A DNA stretch of 64,000 nucleotides from a candidate division FCPU426 bacterium (GCA_963830915.1 CAWHOE010000051.1:119945-183944); one strand, 5' to 3'; shown: positions 31,074-39,354, numbered from the stretch's first letter. The notes: generated by a model from the letters alone, not told the origin. Numbers and translations are program-made.

Positions 31074-31472
31074 TTACCACATAACCATTTCTAAAGTTTT
31101 TCCCTGAGCAAGACCAGCCAAACGAGGAACTAAATCCATAGCCTTAACCCATGATTGTTCACTGCTCAATTTCGGATTCTCCCCACGGCAGACCTTCGCA
31201 ACTTCACTAACCATATCAGAGGCTTCATCCTTGGTAATGTTTCGCATGGCTTTTTTAATTTCCTTTCGGCCTTCTACAAGACTCCTTTCCAAAGCGAAAA
31301 TTTTCAGCACTTCACCCTTCATAAAATCACCCCCTTCGTTTTTAGAATTGTTATCAGTTTTCAAGCCTCCAACCTTTAGAAGGATGACCTTTGCCCCTTG
31401 ATTGGCAGGATTGTGTTCCTTGTCCACGAGCGATATTTCATTGACTTCTAAATGCGTTAATTTAGTCGGCAT
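31074..31472 (-). CDS. miniature prohead-protease/scaffold-like protein with probable internal start at 31322
   Basis: LEVNEISLVD...PANQGAKVILLK at the N-terminus; scaffold-like helical C-terminus; AAGGGGGTGA upstream of Met51. Confidence 0.6.
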   Translation of the reverse strand: MPTKLTHLEVNEISLVDKEHNPANQGAKVILLKVGGLKTDNNSKNEGGDFMKGEVLKIFALERSLVEGRKEIKKAMRNITKDEASDMVSEVAKVCRGENPKLSSEQSWVKAMDLVPRLAGLAQGKTLEMVMW

Positions 31473-31917
31473 GGCTCATCTCCATTGTTTTTTGATTGGC
31501 TTCTCGTCTTCTTTCGAGTTCCCGGCTTGTGGCTGAGGATTGATGAAGGGCTTCCTCAGCTTTGACCCGTAAGTCAGTGGCCTCAGCCTCGGTCTTTCGC
31601 AATTGTTCTTGTAAAGCAAGAGCCTTCTTGTCCACGGCCTTTGCCTTGGTTTCTAATTCCTCGGCAAGTTTCCTTTGCTCGTCACGCCGTGGCAAATCAG
31701 CTTTGGCGTGTTCGAGTTCTGCTATGAGTAATTTTTCACGACCTTGGAGGGCTTCTATTTCAACTTGGCGTTCTGCCACTTCGCCAGCAATACCCCGGCG
31801 AGTGTTCCCGGCTTGGTCGAACATAACCCGCTTTAACTCGTCAGATTTTTTCAAAGCAACTGACAAGTTGTATTGACACTTCTTTAAAAAGGTTTCGTAT
31901 TTAGCGATTACAAACAT
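31462..31917 (-). CDS. coiled-coil protein (151 aa)
   Basis: A/E/K/L heptads; ATG 31917 with SD GGGAGG; overlaps the next gene by 11 nt. Confidence 0.75.
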   Translation of the reverse strand: MFVIAKYETFLKKCQYNLSVALKKSDELKRVMFDQAGNTRRGIAGEVAERQVEIEALQGREKLLIAELEHAKADLPRRDEQRKLAEELETKAKAVDKKALALQEQLRKTEAEATDLRVKAEEALHQSSATSRELERRREANQKTMEMSHAD

Positions 31918-32023
31918 TGACGGCCTCCCATTTAAAATTTGGACGCAATACGGCAAAGGTGCGTCGGTATTTCAATTGAATGTTTTTTAAGTTGGGAGTT
32001 TCTGGGGAACGGCCTTACATTAA

Positions 32024-32302
32024 TTATCCCTCCTTCTTTGTGAAATCAAAAATGCTTTTCCCTGATAAAACTTGTCCAAGTCTGCAAGGTTTCCAATTGA
32101 ATCCTCGAAAGGTTAAATACTGTTTCGAGAATTTCCCTAACTCATTTAAACGATCCGCACACTTTTGGAGGCTTTCCCCTTTCTTCCTCCAAGGTTTGCA
32201 CTTGGCCTGTATTTGTGCTGAATGTTCTTTTAACGGCCTGTTTCCTATTTCCGTCATCATTCGCCGTGTGCGTGAACCCCAACCCGGCTTAAGCTTGTAC
32301 AT
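32024..32302 (-). CDS. small basic DNA-binding protein resembling the serine-recombinase 'Recombinase' domain
   Basis: GESLQKCADRLNELG...TFRGFNW...LGQVL pattern; SD AAGGAGG. Confidence 0.6.
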   Translation of the reverse strand: MYKLKPGWGSRTRRMMTEIGNRPLKEHSAQIQAKCKPWRKKGESLQKCADRLNELGKFSKQYLTFRGFNWKPCRLGQVLSGKSIFDFTKKEG

Positions 32303-32314
32303 CTTCATTCCTCC

Positions 32315-32509
32315 TTATTTCATTAGGCTAAAAATCCTTGGCGTCTCGGCAACTATCAAAGCGCATCTTGAACAAAGTCGGTTCTCAATGCCCCGGCTAT
32401 AAAACAAACAATTGCATTTTAAGCATCTCCTTTGAGTACGTTTGTTCGTCGTGTTCTCTTTTACCTCCAAAGAATGAACCTTTTTCACCTTAGTAACCTT
32501 CGATCTCAT
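32315..32509 (-). CDS. small zinc-finger protein
   Basis: RRCLKCNCLFYSRGIENRLCSRC (CxxC...CxxC); start uncertain (32509 or GTG 32488). Confidence 0.55.
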   Translation of the reverse strand: MRSKVTKVKKVHSLEVKENTTNKRTQRRCLKCNCLFYSRGIENRLCSRCALIVAETPRIFSLMK

Positions 32510-33932
32510 GGGCAGACCTTGACCAAACACCGCCAGGGCCAACAATTGGAACCTTCTTATTTTTGAAAGTTGCTGATAGAAGAAGGGCACCGCAAGCCAC
32601 GTTTGCCAAATCATCGTGGCATCTTGGAGGGTGGTCCACGCTGTCCCGTCCACCCCTAGCCGTCCTTCGTTCCAATTGTGCAAGCTCAACCAGCAAGGGC
32701 CTTAAATCAGGAAGCTCAACCTCACCCCTTGTAAACAAGGGCAAGGATTCTAGGTAAATGGCTGATTTGTTTAATTGGGAGGTCTTATAAATGATCCCTT
32801 GTTCCTTGAAGGAATCTGAACACCATGAGCCAGAGTAAGCATCCCCGGTGATTGAATGAATCCGGTATTGCTTAAAGACCTTTGCGAAGTCTTTTACCGC
32901 TGAAGCCGGGTCAAACGGGGCTTGCATGGCCCTAACCAGATCCAGGACGTTTCGACCGTCTTTTTCAAAATGAGAAATGCCAATAGTGAACGCATCTCCA
33001 CGACCACCGGAAGGATCGGCAAAGCCAAAGTAATGAATCCCTTCTCTCGGAGGAATTTCCAAGGGGCTTTGGCGCGTGAGGGTTGCCAATAACTCAGGGT
33101 CCAGGAAGTTTTGAATGTCGTCACGAAACAAGCCGCCATACTCGGCAGAGGCAGAAGCCGGGTCATCTTTATAGGCTTGGTCAATTTCCTTTTGATCTAA
33201 TTCAGGATTCATGGTCAAGCTATCGGCTTGCCATACAAAGACCTCACTTTCATTGTTCCCAAAGTTCTCTTTGTACTTCTCGTACAAAAGGCCCTTTTTG
33301 GAGTAGGGGGAAGAAATGCCGATTAGAAGGGCACCGTGTTTTTTAGTCGTCAACATGGAAGGCTTAACAGCCCTCAACACTTCCCGGTCAGGCGTGGCGC
33401 TTTCATCTGAACGCCAAAAGGCACATTCCTCGAATATCGCCCCAACGATTGCCGGGCCACGAATGGACCGAAAGGAATTGGCAACGATTAATATTTCTAT
33501 GCCATTTGTGAGAAGGATGCTTTCTTGTGTTGTGCTTTTAATAAGAGTTTCGAGTTGGGGATGACTTCTGAGAATGGCCTCAGAATAATTGCGAACGATT
33601 TTTGCTTGGGCCTTATCGACAGCGACAACTATAAAACGGGCCGTCTCACCGGGGGCAATACAATCTGACCAATCCCTAAAAACAGAGGAGTAAACAGCAA
33701 GGGTGGAGGCAATTGCAGATTTACGGCCACGGCGTCCAACGACAATCCACGCCTCGGATATGGGCGCTGGAAAGGGAACAGTGCGACCAGTACATTTTTG
33801 AAACAATGTCGTTTCGTCATCTGTAAGGGGCACACCTGAGAGAGTTTTTAAGAATGTGCGCCACGGTTTCCAGGGCAAAGGATCACCTAACCATCCAGCA
33901 AATGGGCCATCTATCGCTTCGATAAGGTTCAT
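32490..33932 (-). CDS. terL: terminase large subunit
   Basis: Walker A GRRGRKS, Walker B AIFEECAF, motif III ISSP, RNase H-like nuclease FADPSGG...HDDLAN. Confidence 0.88.
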   Translation of the reverse strand: MNLIEAIDGPFAGWLGDPLPWKPWRTFLKTLSGVPLTDDETTLFQKCTGRTVPFPAPISEAWIVVGRRGRKSAIASTLAVYSSVFRDWSDCIAPGETARFIVVAVDKAQAKIVRNYSEAILRSHPQLETLIKSTTQESILLTNGIEILIVANSFRSIRGPAIVGAIFEECAFWRSDESATPDREVLRAVKPSMLTTKKHGALLIGISSPYSKKGLLYEKYKENFGNNESEVFVWQADSLTMNPELDQKEIDQAYKDDPASASAEYGGLFRDDIQNFLDPELLATLTRQSPLEIPPREGIHYFGFADPSGGRGDAFTIGISHFEKDGRNVLDLVRAMQAPFDPASAVKDFAKVFKQYRIHSITGDAYSGSWCSDSFKEQGIIYKTSQLNKSAIYLESLPLFTRGEVELPDLRPLLVELAQLERRTARGGRDSVDHPPRCHDDLANVACGALLLSATFKNKKVPIVGPGGVWSRSAHEIEGY

Positions 33933-33934
33933 GG

Positions 33935-34354
33935 TTATTTTTCCTTCCAGGTATTGGGATCACGCAAACGATCTAGGTTTGGTGTTACAGATTCTTTCGG
34001 ATCGTTCCAATCAATGATTCCTAGATTGTTAAGAACACGGTTTAAAACGTTAGATGTTCTCACCAGCTTGTCGCCAACAGCCTTCCCACTGATCAATTCC
34101 AAGGTCAAAGTTTCGTAAGCAATGATTAGGGCACCGGCTTGGGTTATTAACGCTGATTTAGCAGGGCCGGTTTTAAGAGGGGAAACAGCTTGTAAAGATG
34201 TGACCAAGTTTTTATAGCGCTTTGCTCCTCTAGTTCTGCCGTCACACTTAAACAAGCCCTTACCGTTTGTATTTAGGGGTTTAGGATCGGCTATTTTGCT
34301 AGGAAGCCCCACCTTATCGCTTGTTAGATTTCCTTGTTTTTCGTGGCTTTCCAT
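33935..34354 (-). CDS. putative terminase small subunit
   Basis: Directly upstream of terL; helical DGRTRGAKRYKNL...LITQAGAL...NVLNRVLNNLG; ATG 34354 has SD AAGGA. Confidence 0.55.
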   Translation of the reverse strand: MESHEKQGNLTSDKVGLPSKIADPKPLNTNGKGLFKCDGRTRGAKRYKNLVTSLQAVSPLKTGPAKSALITQAGALIIAYETLTLELISGKAVGDKLVRTSNVLNRVLNNLGIIDWNDPKESVTPNLDRLRDPNTWKEK

Positions 34355-34546
34355 TTTTGAGAATCCTTTAAAAGTTATTCGGCATTTAAGCAGTGCCAAA
34401 AAGCCGTTTAAAAACACCAGCATTCATTGCTTAAGGTGACTACCTAGTCGGTATTCATCCTCATTTCGTTTAAGCACCCCGATCTATCGTCCAGCGCCAA
34501 TGAAAAAAGACACGAACGAGGGCACGTGTGACATACCGATAAACGA

Positions 34547-34663
34547 GGGGCCAAAGGGCCAAACCATCCCCGTATTTCGTATTTATATTTTTTTTATTCC
34601 TCCTTCTAAGAATTAATTGTTTACAGAGTAGAGAATACGGGACTAAATCCGCCCTTTGGCCCC
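34547..34663. other. candidate replication origin of the element
   Basis: 13 bp IR GGGGCCAAAGGGC/GCCCTTTGGCCCC and nested 8 bp IR CCCGTATT/AATACGGG, symmetric around an AT-rich core, abutting the helicase stop. Confidence 0.65.
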
Positions 34664-36886
34664 TTACATATTGGGTTCAAGTTTTGTTTCTCCCACAACT
34701 TCCCGAATTCGATTAACAGCATCACCTATGGAATTATCGAGTTCCCATTTGAGCGCTTCATTGAAAATGATGTATTGGCGCTCCCCATTTAGTTTTATGC
34801 GATCAACCCAAACATGAATTCCATTGATCTTCTTCATCACTTTTCGTAGAGAGTCATCAGAATCAAAAACTTTACCCTGAACAGCATCCCGTACATTTCT
34901 TGAAATGGTTTTCATTCCTAATGCTGATGGTTTTTCCAAATCAGCTAATTTTTCAGCAATCACTTGCGCTTCCTTTTGAGCATCTGAAAGTGAATCCTCC
35001 ACAAGTTTCTTTTTCTTTTCAGTCATTGGTGCACGATCCCCACGCTTTAGGTAGTGTTCAGATGGAAAGTCATCAGCCCATTTTTTAATAATTCCAAGGC
35101 CTCCTGATTCGAGCCAATTATGGAATTCTATAAATCTTTCTTTGGGCCATCGTTCCTCGGTGACTTCTGGATAAAACCACCGCCGATCATCCTCTTCCAT
35201 CTTTAAAGGTGTTTTTGAATTTGAACAGGCGACGATATGCACCCAATTTTGTACTGTGTATTCTTTTTCATACTTGATGTTGATGGTCACTTCTTTATCT
35301 GTTATGAATTCTTTTAGTTTGTTATATGTTTTCCAAGAATGCCCTTGATAAATCTCGCTCACTACCGCAAGACGTTTTTCCCCAGCCCAAGAATTGAAGT
35401 CACCGGAAATTTGACTTTCATTTGGAAATGAAGCGTTATGTTTCCCAACCAAAGGAGCCAAGATATTTTGACCAAGAGTAGTTTTACCAATCCCGGTAGC
35501 TTCACTTACAAGCAAAAGTCCGTATTCTATGCGCCTGTCAGGTCGTGCAATTAACGTTGCACACCAACGCTCAACCTCTTTCCTTTCCCCTTCATTTGGA
35601 AACATATAGGTCAAGAAATCGAGGAACGGTTTTGGATTTCCTTCTGATGGTTTAATAGAAGATGGAATGTGACGGTTGATGGACGGTTTGCCATCATCCA
35701 TAACAATTGTTTCCTTGAGATCGGGCCGATAACAAATACCGTAGGTTTTCCCTTTTGTGTATTCGTTATCAAACAGCCTTGCGGTATTGTCAGCATTAGA
35801 AAATGCGGCCACTTCTTTATTAAATCGCCGTGAATCAAATTTCAATTTTGGATATTCAATACAAACATATGCATCGGCATCTCCGACATATGCCCAAAGA
35901 CCTTTGGCGTGTTGTCGAAGAGTAATTTCTGGACGACCTTTTTTATCTGCATGCTTGAGGTCGGTTAACCATGTGGCAGGATGAACACAATCGGAAAATG
36001 TCGGGCCGATGTAATAATCCTGGTCATTGATTTGTTTGAACATCTTTTTAGGAAATTCATCTCCAAGGTCAAAAGAGGCTGGCCAATCTTGGGTGAAAAG
36101 GATGTTAAAGGTCGGGACGTTAAGGTGTTTTGCAATCTTTGGAACGGCTGATCGCCCTTCGTCATCATTATCGCTAACTATATAAATTCTAGTTATTCCT
36201 AGGCCCTTAAGAACTGACCAGTCAGTCCTATGAGGGTTGGGGGCACCGCCCACCCACGACAGGTGAGTTGCTCCTGATAATTCTCTGCCCCACGGATGCT
36301 TTGAAAGTTTATCTTTTTGGTCAGTGGTTTGTGCCTCGATCATTCGTTGAATAGTTCTTGCTGATTTAACCCCCTCGTGTAAAAAAATTGTCGTATTGTC
36401 CTTTATCTTTTCGAGACCCCACAGTGGAAGTTTTTCTGGTTCGACATCTTTACGCCATTGGTCATCGCTCCAATAAGTCCAAGTTGAAAAACCTTTATGT
36501 CCATCCTTGCCGACCCATCGGACTTGAAGCATGACAATCTGATTTTCAATATCTCTAAATTGATAAAGGTTTTCTGGGTCTATTGTTTTTAATTCTTCTG
36601 GTAAGTTGGAAAGATTGGGAAGTTTTTTTAGGGTGGGAAATTTAGCGTTTTTTATTTCTATTTTTATTTCTACTAATTCTTCTGGGGTAGGTTCCAAGTC
36701 TTTATTAGATGGCGTGACAGATACGCCTTCATCCGTGAATTTAATTGTGTACTTGTCTTTCCAATAAGAGCCGGTTTTTTCCTTTTGGACTGCTTTCCTC
36801 ATGGATCGGAATTCTGCCCCACCGATCCTTTCAAAATACTTCTTAATGATAGGTGAATTGGCTAATGGGAAATCTGGAATGGTCAC
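34664..36886 (-). CDS. primase-helicase (Toprim plus SF3/DUF5906-like helicase)
   Basis: IFLHEG...IVSDNDDEG Toprim; TGIGKTT Walker A, VVSEI Walker B, ACSN...DDRRW. Confidence 0.85.
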   Translation of the reverse strand: MTIPDFPLANSPIIKKYFERIGGAEFRSMRKAVQKEKTGSYWKDKYTIKFTDEGVSVTPSNKDLEPTPEELVEIKIEIKNAKFPTLKKLPNLSNLPEELKTIDPENLYQFRDIENQIVMLQVRWVGKDGHKGFSTWTYWSDDQWRKDVEPEKLPLWGLEKIKDNTTIFLHEGVKSARTIQRMIEAQTTDQKDKLSKHPWGRELSGATHLSWVGGAPNPHRTDWSVLKGLGITRIYIVSDNDDEGRSAVPKIAKHLNVPTFNILFTQDWPASFDLGDEFPKKMFKQINDQDYYIGPTFSDCVHPATWLTDLKHADKKGRPEITLRQHAKGLWAYVGDADAYVCIEYPKLKFDSRRFNKEVAAFSNADNTARLFDNEYTKGKTYGICYRPDLKETIVMDDGKPSINRHIPSSIKPSEGNPKPFLDFLTYMFPNEGERKEVERWCATLIARPDRRIEYGLLLVSEATGIGKTTLGQNILAPLVGKHNASFPNESQISGDFNSWAGEKRLAVVSEIYQGHSWKTYNKLKEFITDKEVTINIKYEKEYTVQNWVHIVACSNSKTPLKMEEDDRRWFYPEVTEERWPKERFIEFHNWLESGGLGIIKKWADDFPSEHYLKRGDRAPMTEKKKKLVEDSLSDAQKEAQVIAEKLADLEKPSALGMKTISRNVRDAVQGKVFDSDDSLRKVMKKINGIHVWVDRIKLNGERQYIIFNEALKWELDNSIGDAVNRIREVVGETKLEPNM

Positions 36887-37095
36887 ATGGCCCTCCCAAT
36901 CCCTAATACTTGTCGAGCAAAAGCAATCTCGGCAAACTGGCGGTTAAGAAGGGGTTTCCAATTTTCATAATCTCTCTCGGAGGATTCACGAACCCCGTAA
37001 AGCACTAACTTTGCCTCAATTTCCTCGTCGTTAAGGAATTCAGCAATTTCCTTGTCGCTGTGCTTTATGAGATCGGGAAAATTTATCGCCCTCAT
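36883..37095 (-). CDS. hypothetical protein (70 aa), translationally coupled
   Basis: ATGA overlap with the AlpA stop and GTGA overlap with the primase start. Confidence 0.65.
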   Translation of the reverse strand: MRAINFPDLIKHSDKEIAEFLNDEEIEAKLVLYGVRESSERDYENWKPLLNRQFAEIAFARQVLGIGRAM

Positions 37096-37364
37096 AGCGC
37101 ATCCTTTGTAGTGCTGCGTTCGCAGGATTGAAGCCATTCAATGATCGCATCCCGGCGATAAACGATATGACGAGGGCTTTGGGCAATGTATTTAGGGCCA
37201 CACCCTTTCATACGCCATGATTTGAGGGTTTGATTAGAAACCCCTAGCCAATCCTGCACAGTTTCAGGGTGAAGCAGCTCGTCTGGTTTGCCTTCAGGAG
37301 GGGTTAAGCGAATAAGCTGATGTGCACGGCGGGAAAGCTGGGGAACAACAGTACATTTGGACAT
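37092..37364 (-). CDS. AlpA/excisionase-like HTH protein
   Basis: LLHPETVQDWLGVSNQTLKSWRMKGCGPKY...IVYRRDAIIEWL; SD GGAGG before ATG 37364. Confidence 0.88.
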   Translation of the reverse strand: MSKCTVVPQLSRRAHQLIRLTPPEGKPDELLHPETVQDWLGVSNQTLKSWRMKGCGPKYIAQSPRHIVYRRDAIIEWLQSCERSTTKDAL

Positions 37365-37429
37365 AAAAAACGCCTCCAACTTAGAATCCGAAAGTGGTAT
37401 TGCGCTTCGTGATTAGTAAGTTGGAGACG
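37365..37429 (-). promoter_or_regulatory. attenuator-like hairpin sequestering the alpA SD, followed by U6
   Basis: Minus strand CGTCTCCAACTTA...TAAGTTGGAGGCG-TTTTTT-ATG. Confidence 0.65.
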
Positions 37430-37571
37430 TAAGTTGAAAACGTTCGGCTGTTTTTACCCGACAATAATTATATACTCCTCCTGATCCCCCTCGTAAAGGT
37501 AATTCGTAAAATAATATTTCCAAAAGCGTTACGATCCTTTATGAATATTTTTTTATATAAAAAAAATAAGA

Positions 37572-38999
37572 TTATCGGACCACCTGGAGTGTTTTTCTTT
37601 CAATATTAACCCCGGCATATTCCAGAATCTTATTTGTAACCAATTGGGCTGGTTCACGAAGGTTTTCAACTCCGATATGGGTATAACTGCTCGTAACATC
37701 CCCTTGGAAAGCATGACCAACGAGGGCCTTTTTCTTTATGGCGCTGATTGGGCAATTTTCGCTGATTGTTAAAAAAGTATGACGTAAGGCATGGGGATTA
37801 ACCCTTACACCAGACCGCTTCCAAACATGCTCAAGACCCCGGCCCGGTGTCTTGAAATGCGTTCCTTTCTTTTCGCCGGGGAATACATAATCACCATCTA
37901 ACCCACGGGCCTTCCTGGAGGCTAATAGATCGAAGACAAAATCACTCATGGGGAGATTCAAACATTTACGCCCTTTTGTTTCTGTAGCAGACCGGCGAAT
38001 GATCTTGGCGGTTAGTTCTACTTGGCTCCATCGTAAGGAAAGGACATCATTCGCACGCAAACCAGTGAATAAGGAAAGGAGGATATAGTCACGGGACGTT
38101 CGTCCGATAATATATTCACCTTTAGCGTTTTTCGAGTTGACCTCTGCAAAGAACTTTGGCAAATCATCTGAGGAAATGAATCGCTCACGAGAGCCAACCC
38201 TTGGAATTTTCTTTTTAAAATTCTCAGAATCCCATTTCGGGATTTCAGGGCAAATACAAGCTGCATATTTCCACATAGTACGGAGAACACGGAAGGAGCC
38301 GTTGGCTGATGAGTTACCGGCAGGGGATATAAAAATATCGCTTGGGGTTTGGCCCTTGGCTTGGAGTGATTCATCCATTTCTTGGCGGTTGGCGGCCACT
38401 TGGTTTCGGATTGCCTGAATACGTCCCAAAATATCGTTTGGAGTGATTGTTGTTAATTTCCTATCTAACCATTCAGGGAAAAATTTGTTGATGGCCTTTC
38501 TGTATCCTTCACGTGTTCGTTCCGAGAGATTGGGGAAGGTTGAACAATATCCCTCAAGGGCTTCTCGAAGTGTCATGTTGTCGGTGTGATTTTTAGGATT
38601 GAATCCCCGGCGAACATCTTGACGCTTGAGGCTGGCTTCGTCACGTGCGATTTCAACCGGGTTAATTTGCGACAATAACTTTATTTTGGAGGCGTGGGCT
38701 CTGGATTTCTTTACCGGATCATCTTGGGCTTTTGCTTCCTCAAGTTCAGCCTCCACTTGGGATAGTTCTTCCTTAGCCCTTTTGGACTTTGCTTTGTAAG
38801 CATCCCATGTTCCGAGAGTAACACGGACAGCTTTCCCGTCTACCGTTGCTTGGACGATGATACTTTTGACGGTTGTTTTTCCGCTGACTAGAATCCCGAA
38901 ACCTACCTGATCCTGATCCCAATAAATCTTTTGTTTCCCGGTTGGGTCTGGGGCTTCTAAACTCTCGATGGATTTTTCCGAAAAACTGATCTTTTTCAT
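37572..38999 (-). CDS. int: tyrosine integrase with arm-DNA-binding domain
   Basis: YWDQDQVGFGILVS...RVTLG arm domain; TGLR, HALRHTF, VGH, SSY catalytic residues. Confidence 0.95.
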   Translation of the reverse strand: MKKISFSEKSIESLEAPDPTGKQKIYWDQDQVGFGILVSGKTTVKSIIVQATVDGKAVRVTLGTWDAYKAKSKRAKEELSQVEAELEEAKAQDDPVKKSRAHASKIKLLSQINPVEIARDEASLKRQDVRRGFNPKNHTDNMTLREALEGYCSTFPNLSERTREGYRKAINKFFPEWLDRKLTTITPNDILGRIQAIRNQVAANRQEMDESLQAKGQTPSDIFISPAGNSSANGSFRVLRTMWKYAACICPEIPKWDSENFKKKIPRVGSRERFISSDDLPKFFAEVNSKNAKGEYIIGRTSRDYILLSLFTGLRANDVLSLRWSQVELTAKIIRRSATETKGRKCLNLPMSDFVFDLLASRKARGLDGDYVFPGEKKGTHFKTPGRGLEHVWKRSGVRVNPHALRHTFLTISENCPISAIKKKALVGHAFQGDVTSSYTHIGVENLREPAQLVTNKILEYAGVNIERKTLQVVR

Positions 39000-39177
39000 A
39001 CTTCCTCCGAATAACTTTTATTGGGGTGAAAATTATTTACCCCTACGAAGGAAGTATATTGTCTAACGTTCTAAAAGTATCTATAAAGCACAAAAAATGT
39101 CATTGAAAAGTAAATTTATAGGTTATTTAGGTTTATAAATAAACTATAAGGAAGTCTAAATAAACGATTCACATCGG

Positions 39178-39226
39178 GCCTTCTAAGCAGTGGGTCACCG
39201 GTTCGAATCCGGTCAGGCGCACCATT
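39178..39226 (+). repeat. attR, 49 bp direct repeat (duplicated 3' part of tRNA-Arg)
   Basis: GCCTTCTAAGCAG...CAGGCGCACCATT, identical to 29308-29356. Confidence 0.97.
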
Positions 39227-39340
39227 CATCATTATGAAAAAATTAGACTGGTAATTTCGTCGGCCCAAACAATGATTGAACTGTCAAAACGCTTATTTTG
39301 GTGAATTTGACAAATTCTTGCTTTGGTCATAAATGATAAC

Positions 39341-39354
39341 TGCAATCGTTTCCA
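39341..39354. promoter_or_regulatory. LacI/cre-type operator candidate
   Basis: TGCAATCGTTTCCA fits TGNAANCGNTTNCA; near copy AGAAATCGTTTCCG at 39430-39443. Confidence 0.5.

Noticed and set aside
30865..31080. 71 aa minus-strand ORF over the hairpin array
   Set aside because: No recognisable features; the dense secondary structure explains the region better
31980..32402. 140 aa plus-strand ORF in the element
   Set aside because: Antisense to two minus-strand genes, one with a strong SD and both with recognisable motifs
32510..32689. N-terminal 60 aa of the Zn-finger ORF
   Set aside because: Lies inside the terL nuclease-coding region in another frame
39178..39224. Second tRNA-Arg(TCT)
   Set aside because: Only the 3' part is present (no 5' acceptor strand or D arm); it is attR
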